A stretch of 58,675 bases of DNA. Source: Nanohaloarchaea archaeon B1-Br10_U2g1 (GTDB lineage Archaea > Nanohalarchaeota > Nanosalinia > Nanosalinales > Nanosalinaceae). A program made the position numbers and the translations under genes. The stretch is from positions 1 through 58,675 of the forward strand of contig LKMN01000003.1 of the NCBI GenBank assembly GCA_001563875.1, written 5' to 3'. This document shows positions 1 to 8,288 of this stretch, in pieces (position 1 is the first letter of the stretch; each line of letters begins with the position of its first letter). A model generated the notes under the pieces. That model was not told the origin of the DNA and made no database searches. It worked only from the letters and a program-made list of their open reading frames with translations.

Positions 1-2
1 AG

Positions 3-815
3 GTTCAGAAAGTTTCAGATATTTACACTGAAGAGAAAGCCGAATCCTACGGACTTGAAGAAGATCAGATAGTAGTGATGATACATTCCGGCTCAAGAGG
101 TCTAGGACATGAAACCTGTACAAAGTACCTTAGAAAGTTTGAGAAGCAGTATCCGGAAATAGCTGAAGAGATACCTGAAAAAAATCTTATGTATGCCCCA
201 CTCAACGACAAGCTAGCGCAAGACTACAAGGAAGCCATGTATGCTGCAGCGAACTACGCTTGGGCAAACAGACAAGCACTAACACAGGCAGTAAGAGACT
301 GTCTAGACCGCATCTTTGATCAACCAGAGGTAGATCTGCTTTACGACGTATGCCATAATATCGCGAAAGAGGAGAGGCATATGGTTGACGGAGAGGAAAA
401 ACAGCTACTTGTACATAGAAAAGGCGCTACTAGAGCCTTCCCCTCAGGGAGGGAGGAGATACCTGAAACCTATAGAAAGATAGGTCAGCCAGTGCTCATA
501 CCTGGAAGCATGGGAACCTCAAGCTATATCCTCTCCGGAGGAAAGAAATCACTAGATATGTCGTTTGGATCGACAGCTCACGGCGCCGGTCGACTAAAAT
601 CCCGGACACAAGCCAAAAAGGACTACTGGGGAGAAGATGTACAGAAGGAGCTTGAACGAAAAGGTATTCTTGTGAAAGCAGCATCAGGATCAACAGTTGC
701 TGAAGAGGCTCCTGGAGTCTACAAAGATATTGATGAAGTAATAAAAGTCTCAGACAGATTAGGAATCGGCGAAAAAGTAGCTAAGACTCTCCCTTTGGTA
801 AACATTAAGGGATAG
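3..815 (+). CDS. rtcB: RNA ligase RtcB, 5'-truncated at window edge
   Basis: IHSGSRGLGH, DVCHNIAK, HRKGATRAF, PGSMG, STAHGAGR, EEAPGVYK motifs; frame open from position 3. Confidence 0.95.
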   Translation, partial: VQKVSDIYTEEKAESYGLEEDQIVVMIHSGSRGLGHETCTKYLRKFEKQYPEIAEEIPEKNLMYAPLNDKLAQDYKEAMYAAANYAWANRQALTQAVRDCLDRIFDQPEVDLLYDVCHNIAKEERHMVDGEEKQLLVHRKGATRAFPSGREEIPETYRKIGQPVLIPGSMGTSSYILSGGKKSLDMSFGSTAHGAGRLKSRTQAKKDYWGEDVQKELERKGILVKAASGSTVAEEAPGVYKDIDEVIKVSDRLGIGEKVAKTLPLVNIKG

Positions 816-866
816 ACTAAAGACAGCTCAGCCCTTTTTTATGACCCTACTTCACAGGACGCCTTA

Positions 867-973
867 TTTATAAAAGTTAGTTTCGACTGTTTTGATACTC
901 CCTTGGAATATACTTTTCTTGGGAGACAAGCCCTTTTCTAAACGAAAGGGCCTCTGGGAGGACTGATAACACT
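867..973 (+). promoter_or_regulatory. TATA box and structured 5' leader of the L3 operon
   Basis: TTTATAAAA at 867-875; stems CTCCC/GGGAG (898-902/921-925) and GCCCTTT/AAAGGGC (930-936/945-951); GGAGG before ATG 974. Confidence 0.6.
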
Positions 974-1945
974 ATGCCAAAGAAAAATAGACCAAGAAGC
1001 GGATCTTTACAGTTTAAGCCCAAGGTTAGAGCTGAAAGGATTTACCCAGACATCTCTAAATGGGAAGAAACAGACGAACAAAAACCGTTAGGCTTCGCAG
1101 GCTACAAAGTAGGAATGACCCGAGTCCTAATGATCGATGATCAAGAAGGCGCAACAAGAGGTCAAGAAGTAGCGGAAGCAGTAACAATACTAGAAGCACC
1201 GCCACTAAGAGTTTACGGAGCACGTTTCTACACAGAAGACCCTAACTCTGGTAAACAGGTCTTCACAGAAGCATGGACAGAAAGTCCTTCCAAAGAACTA
1301 CAAGAGGCAGTCGACATTCCAAAGGACGGAAACCTCGACAACTTCGAAAAAGCAGAAAAACACGCCGACAGACTAAGCGACGTAACACTTCTCGTACATA
1401 CACAGCCACAGCACACCGGACTGTCAACAAGCAAACCGGCAAACTTCGAACTAGGTATCGGAGGAGATATAGAAGACAAGCTTGAGTACGCAGAAGAAAT
1501 GATTGGAAAAGAAATCGAGTTCGGAGACGTATTTGAAGAAGGAGACTACTCCGACGTAATCGCAGTAACGAAAGGAAAAGGATTCGAAGGACCAATAAAG
1601 CGTTACGGAATCAAGAAACTAGACCACAAGACACAGAAGAAACGCCGTAAAGCAGGAAACGTCGGTCCATGGCATCCAGACACACTAAGCTGGAGAGTGC
1701 CATTACCAGGACAACAAGGATTCAACAACCGTACCGAGCTGAACAAGAGAATTCTAGAACACGGAGAAGAGCCAGAAGAAGTTCAGAGAGACGGCGGATT
1801 CAAAGGATACGGAGAAGTCCAGTCTAACTACATACTAATCAAGGGATCGGTTCCAGGACCATCAAAGAGAATAGTCCGATTAAGAACCGCTCTTAGAAAC
1901 GATGAAAACCCAGGCAAACCAGAGATAACACACATCGACCAGTGA
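974..1945 (+). CDS. rpl3: Ribosomal protein uL3
   Basis: RPRSGSLQF, GFAGYKVGMT, TKGKGFEG, KGSVPGP; first gene of cluster. Confidence 0.97.
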   Translation: MPKKNRPRSGSLQFKPKVRAERIYPDISKWEETDEQKPLGFAGYKVGMTRVLMIDDQEGATRGQEVAEAVTILEAPPLRVYGARFYTEDPNSGKQVFTEAWTESPSKELQEAVDIPKDGNLDNFEKAEKHADRLSDVTLLVHTQPQHTGLSTSKPANFELGIGGDIEDKLEYAEEMIGKEIEFGDVFEEGDYSDVIAVTKGKGFEGPIKRYGIKKLDHKTQKKRRKAGNVGPWHPDTLSWRVPLPGQQGFNNRTELNKRILEHGEEPEEVQRDGGFKGYGEVQSNYILIKGSVPGPSKRIVRLRTALRNDENPGKPEITHIDQ

Positions 1946-1952
1946 GAAAAAA

Positions 1953-2711
1953 ATGACAGATCTACCTGAACAGTTCGAAGAAAGAGTAAGACCGGATATT
2001 ATCAAGAGAGCATTCCTCTCAATCCAGTCAAATAAAAGACAATCATACGGCCACGACAAAGAAGCAGGCCTGAAACACGTAACATACTGGAAAAACAGAA
2101 ACAACGCTTACAGAAGCCGTAAGGGAAGAGGAATGTCCCGAGTACCTAGGAAGATAAGCGTAAGAAGAGGAAGTCAGTTGTTCGGACCTGCAGCAGAATC
2201 CCCAGGAACAAGAGGCGGAAGAAGAGCACACGGACCGAAAGCTGAGAAAGAGTTCTCAGAAGACATAAACAACAAAGAGAGAAGAAAAGCAATCCGTTCA
2301 GCACTCGCAGCTTCAACCTATCAAGAAATCGTTTCAGAGAAACATAACTACAACGGAGAACTACCTCTTATAACAGGAGGTCTAGACAGTATCGAAAAGA
2401 CTTCTGAACTAAAAGAGACACTAGAAGAACTAGGACTAGAAGATGAACTAGAAAGAGTAACAGAGAAGAAAGTAAGAGCAGGAAAAGGAACAGGTAGAGG
2501 CAGAAAATACAGCAGGAAAGTAGGTCCTCTAGTAGTAGTTGCTGAAGACAACGGAATAGTTAACGGAGCAAACAACCTTCCCGGAGTAGAAGTCTCGTTA
2601 GTAGATCAGCTAAACGCAGAGAAACTAGCACCAGGAGCACACGCAGGAAGACTTATCGTCTGGGATCAAAAAGCATTAGAAAAACTTGAAGAGGAACAAC
2701 TTTACCTCTAG
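1953..2711 (+). CDS. rpl4: Ribosomal protein uL4
   Basis: VRPDII, GRGMSRVPR, TRGGRRAH, LAPGAHAGRL. Confidence 0.96.
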   Translation: MTDLPEQFEERVRPDIIKRAFLSIQSNKRQSYGHDKEAGLKHVTYWKNRNNAYRSRKGRGMSRVPRKISVRRGSQLFGPAAESPGTRGGRRAHGPKAEKEFSEDINNKERRKAIRSALAASTYQEIVSEKHNYNGELPLITGGLDSIEKTSELKETLEELGLEDELERVTEKKVRAGKGTGRGRKYSRKVGPLVVVAEDNGIVNGANNLPGVEVSLVDQLNAEKLAPGAHAGRLIVWDQKALEKLEEEQLYL

Positions 2712-2727
2712 AAAGGTGAATAAAGAA

Positions 2728-2997
2728 ATGGAAGAACATAAGGCACTAAACATAATAGAGAACCCTCACATGACCGAACAAGCAATGGACATGGTAGACA
2801 GAGACAACAAACTAGTACTTATAGTAAATCTCGACGCAAATAAGAACCAAGTAGAAGACGCGGTTGAGAGCTTGTTCAATGTTACGGTTAAAAAAGTAAA
2901 CACCTCGATTACACCACAGGCGAAGAAGAAAGCTTACGTCCAGCTATCTGATTCGGACGATGCAATGGATATCGCCACGAAAATGGGTATGATGTAA
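2728..2997 (+). CDS. rpl23: Ribosomal protein uL23
   Basis: PHMTEQAM, NKLVLIV, KVNT..KKAYVQL; ATG 2728 preceded by GGTGA (ORF-track start 2686 is an over-extension). Confidence 0.95.
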   Translation: MEEHKALNIIENPHMTEQAMDMVDRDNKLVLIVNLDANKNQVEDAVESLFNVTVKKVNTSITPQAKKKAYVQLSDSDDAMDIATKMGMM

Positions 2998-2998
2998 A

Positions 2999-3703
2999 AT
3001 GGGAGGAAAAATACGTACACAAAGAAAGGGTAAAGGCTCTTCGAACTACAAAGCCTCATCTCACAAAGGCAAAGGAGCCGTAGAAACAAAGAACGCAGAA
3101 ATAACAGGAACAGTAGTAGATATAGGTCATGACCCAGCAAGAACAGCTCCTATAGCGAAAGTAGAATACGAAGATGGAGAGACCAGAAACATTCTCGCGC
3201 CAGAAAATCTTGCGGTAGGAGACGAGATACAGATAGGTGTATCAGCACCAATTGAAGAAGGTAATACCCTACCAGTAGGAGAAATCCCTGAAGGAGTACC
3301 AATACACAATATTGAATTACAGCCAGGAGACGGTGGAAGACTTGTTAGAAGTAGCGGAACATACGCATTCGTTGTAACACACGAAAACGATGGCGTAAGA
3401 ATCCGGTTACCAAGTAAAGATTTCAAGAAACTTAACACAAAGTGCAGAGCAACCGTAGGAAAAGTTGGAGCCGGAGGAAGACTAGAGAAACCGTTTGTAA
3501 AAGCAGGAAACAAGCATCACGCAATGAAAGCAAGAGGAAAACAGTATCCGAAAGTTTCAGGAGTAGCAATGAACGCTGTAGACCACCCATTCGGTGGATC
3601 AGCAAAACCAGGAAAAGCAAAAACCGTTTCACGTCACGAATCACCTGGGCGTAAAGTCGGTAACATAGCCGCAAAAAGAAGCGGTAAAAAGAAGAAAGAT
3701 TAG
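2999..3703 (+). CDS. rpl2: Ribosomal protein uL2
   Basis: HDPARTAP, GVAMNAVDHPFGG. Confidence 0.97.
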   Translation: MGGKIRTQRKGKGSSNYKASSHKGKGAVETKNAEITGTVVDIGHDPARTAPIAKVEYEDGETRNILAPENLAVGDEIQIGVSAPIEEGNTLPVGEIPEGVPIHNIELQPGDGGRLVRSSGTYAFVVTHENDGVRIRLPSKDFKKLNTKCRATVGKVGAGGRLEKPFVKAGNKHHAMKARGKQYPKVSGVAMNAVDHPFGGSAKPGKAKTVSRHESPGRKVGNIAAKRSGKKKKD

Positions 3704-3716
3704 GTGAGCAGAAAAA

Positions 3717-4094
3717 ATGAGCGATGAATTCACATTCAGAGGAAAAACAATGGATGAACTGGAAGAGATGAACCTCAACCAGTTCGCAGATCTCCTCAAC
3801 GCAAGAGGAAGAAGAAAAATCAAGAGAGGTCTAAGAGAAAACGAGAAAAAGATTCTCAAAAATCTCAAAGAGAAAGACACAGTAAGAACCCATGAGAGAA
3901 ACATGATAATCGTCCCTGAGATGGTAGGAAAGACCGTTGAAGTATACAACGGCCAAGATTTCGTACCTGTAGAAATAAAAGAGAAAATGCTAGGACATTA
4001 CCTCGGAGAATTCGCAAAAACCCGTAAAAGAGTTTCACACAGCGCACCAGGACTCGGTGCTACAAGAAGCTCACAGCACGTACCTCTCAAGTGA
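3717..4094 (+). CDS. rps19: Ribosomal protein uS19
   Basis: FTFRGKT, VRTHER, MLGHYLGEF, GATRSS. Confidence 0.97.
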   Translation: MSDEFTFRGKTMDELEEMNLNQFADLLNARGRRKIKRGLRENEKKILKNLKEKDTVRTHERNMIIVPEMVGKTVEVYNGQDFVPVEIKEKMLGHYLGEFAKTRKRVSHSAPGLGATRSSQHVPLK

Positions 4095-4099
4095 TATAA

Positions 4100-4516
4100 A
4101 TGCCAGTACAGACAGAAGAACATCAGGCAAAAGCAGTTGGAAACAATCTCAGAGTTTCCTGGAAAGACTGTACAGAAATCGGTCGCTTTATCAAAGGCGA
4201 CTCTGTAGAAAAAGCAGAGGAAAAGCTAGAGAGAGTAATAGAAAAAGAGCTACCTGTACCATACACAAAGTTTGACTCGGATGCAGGACACAAATCAGGT
4301 GGAGGAGCAGGAGGATACCCTGTAAAAGCTTCAGAAGAAGTACTTGACCTTCTAAGAAGTGCGAAATCCAACGCAGAACACGAAGGACTGAATGTTGACA
4401 GCCTTGAAGTACAAAACGTAATAACAAACCAAGGATCAACATTTAGAACACCTAAGAGACACAGAGGCAGAAGCCCTAAAACCGCTCACGTAAACATAAT
4501 TGTAGGAGAACGATAA
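4100..4516 (+). CDS. rpl22: Ribosomal protein uL22
   Basis: VSWKD, GYPVKAS, AKSNAE; position after S19. Confidence 0.94.
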   Translation: MPVQTEEHQAKAVGNNLRVSWKDCTEIGRFIKGDSVEKAEEKLERVIEKELPVPYTKFDSDAGHKSGGGAGGYPVKASEEVLDLLRSAKSNAEHEGLNVDSLEVQNVITNQGSTFRTPKRHRGRSPKTAHVNIIVGER

Positions 4517-4517
4517 T

Positions 4518-5528
4518 ATGCAGGAAAAACAGTTTATACAGGAAGGCGCAAGGAAAGTACGTCTACACGAGAGACTTCAAGAAGAGCTTGAAGGCGCAGG
4601 ATACTCAAACGCTGACATAGTAAGAACCCCTACATCCACAAAGATAGTTATATACGCACAGAGACCAGGACTTGTGATCGGTAGAGGAGGTTCCCGAATT
4701 AAAGAACTAACAAATACTATAGAAAACGTCTTTGACTTTGAGAATCCTCAGATCGAGGTAAACGAAATAGATAACCCTGACGCAAACGCACAGATAGTAG
4801 CACAGTCAATGGCCTCTTGGTTAGAGAAAGGAGGAAGAGCAAAAAGGGTAGGATACACATACCTTAGAAGAGTTAAAGAATCTGGAATTATCGGAGCAGA
4901 AATCGAAGTAACAGGTAAGATCAGCGGAAACCGTGGAAGAACAGAGAAGTTCTCATTCGGATACGTCAAAAGATGTGGGAACACATCAAAAGAGAACGTA
5001 GATAAAGGATACGCATTAGCAAGAACCAAGCCAGGAGCAATTGGAGTAAAGGTCCGGTTGATGAAAGAGATGCCTGATTTCATGCACAGAGACGTAGACG
5101 TGGAGAAAGAGCTGATGCATGAAACAATAAGTTCTGATGAGACACATGAGAAATCAGAGAAGATAGAAATGATTATCGCTGAAGCTGAAAACATGACAGC
5201 AGGAGAGATAGAAAGAGCTATAGAAGAGCTTGAGGGAATCGGTGAAGGAGATGTGTCAACTTCAGAGGTAAGAAAAGTATTCGAGAAAGGTGACCATGAT
5301 ACAGAAGAGAGTGAAGAAACTTCGGAAGAAGTTGAAGAAGAGGAAGTTGAAGAAGAAACAGAAGATACAGAAGCCGATTACGAAGAAATTGTTTCAGGAA
5401 CTATCAGCGATGCAAAAGATGCATTAAATGAACTGGAGAATCCTGACTATGCAGCAGCACTTGAAGCTGAAAAATCAAACAAAGACAGAAAAACTCTAAC
5501 CCAATGGTTAGAGAATAAGAAAGAATAA
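4518..5528 (+). CDS. rps3: Ribosomal protein uS3 with ~150-aa C-terminal extension
   Basis: KH motif RPGLVIGRGG, KPGAIGVKV; then acidic linker and terminal helical domain. Confidence 0.96.
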   Translation: MQEKQFIQEGARKVRLHERLQEELEGAGYSNADIVRTPTSTKIVIYAQRPGLVIGRGGSRIKELTNTIENVFDFENPQIEVNEIDNPDANAQIVAQSMASWLEKGGRAKRVGYTYLRRVKESGIIGAEIEVTGKISGNRGRTEKFSFGYVKRCGNTSKENVDKGYALARTKPGAIGVKVRLMKEMPDFMHRDVDVEKELMHETISSDETHEKSEKIEMIIAEAENMTAGEIERAIEELEGIGEGDVSTSEVRKVFEKGDHDTEESEETSEEVEEEEVEEETEDTEADYEEIVSGTISDAKDALNELENPDYAAALEAEKSNKDRKTLTQWLENKKE

Positions 5529-5553
5529 AAACAGAACACTAGGTGTCATAGAT

Positions 5554-5757
5554 ATGGCGATTTTAAGAACAGACGAAGTAAGAAACATGAGCGAAGATGA
5601 ACTCAAAGAAAAAATAAGAGACCTCAAAACAGAGATAATGGAAGAACGAGGTCAGATTGAGACAGGAGGATTCGCTGACAACCCGGGAAGAATCAAAGAG
5701 ATGAAGAGAACAATCGCCCGTATAAAAACAATTCTTAACGAAAGAGGTTCTGAATAG
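5554..5757 (+). CDS. rpl29: Ribosomal protein uL29
   Basis: MAILR..EVRNMS, NPGRIKEMKRTIARIKT. Confidence 0.95.
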   Translation: MAILRTDEVRNMSEDELKEKIRDLKTEIMEERGQIETGGFADNPGRIKEMKRTIARIKTILNERGSE

Positions 5758-5763
5758 ATACTA

Positions 5764-6075
5764 ATGGCTGAAACTACTTGTCAAAAATGCGGAATGCCTG
5801 AAGACCTGTGCGTATGTGATGACATCGCACGGGACGAACAGAAGATAACAGTTAAAATCGATACAAGAACTTTCAACAAGGAAATGACCGTTATAGAAGG
5901 TCTTTCCGAGGACGTTGATATAGACACACTTTCTTCCACACTCAAGTCTAAACTTGCATGCGGCGGAACAGCTAAGAATGGCCAGATACAGCTCCAAGGA
6001 AACCATATCCGAAGGATCAAAGAAGTTCTGTCCGATGAAGGTTTCGACAGAAACCAGATAGAAGTAAAGAACTAA
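5764..6075 (+). CDS. sui1: Translation initiation factor SUI1/aIF1
   Basis: CxxCGMPEDLCVC, LKSKLACGGT, IQLQGNH; canonical position after L29. Confidence 0.95.
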   Translation: MAETTCQKCGMPEDLCVCDDIARDEQKITVKIDTRTFNKEMTVIEGLSEDVDIDTLSSTLKSKLACGGTAKNGQIQLQGNHIRRIKEVLSDEGFDRNQIEVKN

Positions 6076-6114
6076 AGGAGAAAAATTAAACATCTCCCTT
6101 AGCTATCCTTTATT

Positions 6115-6648
6115 ATGCCAGGAGCATTATTTCTTGAAGACGACAAAGTCAATCTTAGAACTATTGAGGAGGAAGACTTAGAGTTTCTAAGAGATAATAT
6201 AAACAGTCCTAGAATTCGTACATTTCTAACTGTAAGAAAGCCTCAAAATATGAGCCAACAAAAAAGTTTTTACGAAGAGGTTATCAGCGGTGAAGAAGAT
6301 GTGCACCTGGCAGTATGTGATGACGAAGATATAGTAGGAATCATCTCTCTGGAAGAAGACAGGAAAGATGTCGGTGTAGCGAAAATAGGTATCTGGATAG
6401 GGAAAGATTACCAAGGAAACGGTTATGGTACAGAGGCAGCAGAACTCATAACAGATTACGGTTTCAGCACCTTAGACTATCACAGAGTTATGGCCCAGGC
6501 TTATGAATCCAATAAGGCGTCACAGAGAATATGGGAGAAGCTTGGATTCACCAAGGAAGGAGAGCTACGCGAACAGATCTACAGAAACGGTAACCGGGAG
6601 AACGCATATGTTTATGGAGTTCTAAAAAGAGAGTGGCTGGAAGAGTAA
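6115..6648 (+). CDS. GNAT N-acetyltransferase, RimJ/RimL-like
   Basis: IGIWIGKDYQGNGYGTEA acetyl-CoA motif, NKASQRIWEKLGF.KEG.LRE. Confidence 0.9.
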   Translation: MPGALFLEDDKVNLRTIEEEDLEFLRDNINSPRIRTFLTVRKPQNMSQQKSFYEEVISGEEDVHLAVCDDEDIVGIISLEEDRKDVGVAKIGIWIGKDYQGNGYGTEAAELITDYGFSTLDYHRVMAQAYESNKASQRIWEKLGFTKEGELREQIYRNGNRENAYVYGVLKREWLEE

Positions 6649-6683
6649 CCCTATTTATAAAACTTGGTTTCGATTATTGTCTT

Positions 6684-6820
6684 GTCCGCTTGAAGTCGGA
6701 CTTTGAGCCTGACAGCCTTTTGTCTTGGTTGTAGGTTAGAAGGGTTCGATACTTCAGGCATTGGAGAAAAACCTCGTATTAAGTCTGAGTTGTTTTTCCA
6801 TGTGCCTGTTGTCAAGTGGT
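6684..6820 (+). ncRNA. Candidate structured non-coding RNA (three-way junction, ~134 nt), identity unknown
   Basis: TTTATAAA at 6654; closing stem 6686-6693/6812-6819; arm 1 6695-6750; arm 2 6755-6808; G-U pairs favour + strand; U/G-rich unlike flanking A-rich coding DNA. Confidence 0.65.
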
Positions 6821-6867
6821 TTAAAAGATTTACATACGATTTGAAGACTACGAAGAAGGTGTTGACC

Positions 6868-7170
6868 TTGGCAAAACAAGAACAAGAAGAGGAAAAAATT
6901 GAACAGTCGACAAGCATAGAGTTCCCGACTAGAGGCAGTACTTTCGTCGGAACCGTCGAATCAACAAAGATGGAGAAATCAGCAACGGTAAGATGGGAGT
7001 ACAGTCAGAAAGTACCGAAATACGAGAGATTCGAAAGAAGAAACACAAAAATAACCACTCACGTCCCTGAAGATCTAGAAGTGGAAGAAGGAGACAGAGT
7101 CAGAGTTGCCGAGACAAGACCTATCTCAAAAACCAAAAGCTCCGTAATAACAGAGGTTCTACAGAAATGA
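6868..7170 (+). CDS. rps17: Ribosomal protein uS17
   Basis: TRG..FVGTVES.KM.KS, KYERFERR, AETRPISKTK; likely TTG start at 6868 after AAGGTG. Confidence 0.93.
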   Translation: MAKQEQEEEKIEQSTSIEFPTRGSTFVGTVESTKMEKSATVRWEYSQKVPKYERFERRNTKITTHVPEDLEVEEGDRVRVAETRPISKTKSSVITEVLQK

Positions 7171-7565
7171 AGCCAATAGGTTCCAGCATTACAAGAACAC
7201 TGGATATCGGTGCAGAGCTAACATGCGCAGACAACTCCGGAGCAAAGAAGCTGAAAATCATCGGAGTAAAAGCACGGCAAGGAAGAAGAAGCCGCAGAAA
7301 CTCTGCAGGAATCGGAGACGTAGTAATGGTAAAAATACTTAGAGGAGATCAAGAAGTCAAAAACCAGGTCTTTGAAGCAGTAATCGTGAGACAAGCAAAG
7401 GAGTTCGAAAGACCGAACGGACTAAGAGTAAACTTCGAGGACAACGCAGCAGTGCTAGTAGAAGAAAACGGTCTTCCAAAAGGATCAGTAACACGAGGAC
7501 CAATTGCAAAAGAAGTAGTAGAAAGATACTCCCCAATCGGGAAAATCGCATCACAGGTGGTATAG
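7167..7565 (+). CDS. rpl14: Ribosomal protein uL14
   Basis: CADNSGAK, FEDNAAV, GPIAKE. Confidence 0.97.
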   Translation: MKPIGSSITRTLDIGAELTCADNSGAKKLKIIGVKARQGRRSRRNSAGIGDVVMVKILRGDQEVKNQVFEAVIVRQAKEFERPNGLRVNFEDNAAVLVEENGLPKGSVTRGPIAKEVVERYSPIGKIASQVV

Positions 7566-7568
7566 AAA

Positions 7569-8285
7569 ATGGTAGACAAGACACAGAACTGGAGCAGCAA
7601 CTGGAAATCAAGCACCAACCCTTCCAAACAAAGAAAATACAGAGAAAATGCTCCACTACACGTTAAGGATAAACTTATTTCAGCAAACATGGATAAAGAA
7701 CTCAGAGAAGAACTTGACACAAGAAATATTACGATTAGGACCGGCGATAGAGCTAAAGTAATGAGAGGAGACCACAAAGGCCGCGAAGGAATAATCAATA
7801 GAATTGATAGAGACAAAGGAGTTGTGTTTATTGAAGGAATCCAAAATGAGAGACAGGACGGCTCTAAAAGCCAGTTACCGATAAGACCTTCCAACATCCA
7901 GCTTACAGCGCTAAATGTAGATGAGCTTACAAGAATCCAAAAATACGATGTTGACGATGTTGAATCAATCAAGGTTGATGAAGAAGAACTCGAAGTACTT
8001 GAAGAAGATGAAGAAAGTGAAATGATGCAGAGAATGCAAGAGCAGTCGGATACAGAACAAGATGACGAAGATGAAGAAGAGGAAGTACAGGAATCTGAAG
8101 AAAAAGAGGAACCAGAGGAACAAGAAGTAGAATACGAAGAAGTAGTATCTCAAAACATCGGAGAAGTCAAAGAAGAACTAAACAACCTTGAAGAACCTGA
8201 TTACGAAGCAGCACTTAAAGCTGAAAAAGCAGGTAAAGACAGGAAAACCCTTGTAGAATATCTAGAGAACAAGAAAGAGGATTAA
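7569..8285 (+). CDS. rpl24: Ribosomal protein uL24 with ~110-aa C-terminal extension
   Basis: PSKQRKY..NAPLH, KOW GDRAKVMRGDHKG, PIRPSNI; then acidic linker and domain shared with uS3. Confidence 0.95.
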   Translation: MVDKTQNWSSNWKSSTNPSKQRKYRENAPLHVKDKLISANMDKELREELDTRNITIRTGDRAKVMRGDHKGREGIINRIDRDKGVVFIEGIQNERQDGSKSQLPIRPSNIQLTALNVDELTRIQKYDVDDVESIKVDEEELEVLEEDEESEMMQRMQEQSDTEQDDEDEEEEVQESEEKEEPEEQEVEYEEVVSQNIGEVKEELNNLEEPDYEAALKAEKAGKDRKTLVEYLENKKED

Positions 8286-8288
8286 ATA

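Noticed and set aside
6684-6820. RNase P RNA or SRP RNA identity for the structured RNA
   Set aside because: No GAGGAAAGUCC/P4 elements and no SRP helix-8 motif; too short.
6703-6867. 55-aa N-terminal extension of uS17 in the ORF track, and antisense ORF 6651-6917
   Set aside because: Composition unlike the proteome, overlaps the structured RNA; SD plus TTG at 6868 gives a normal uS17.
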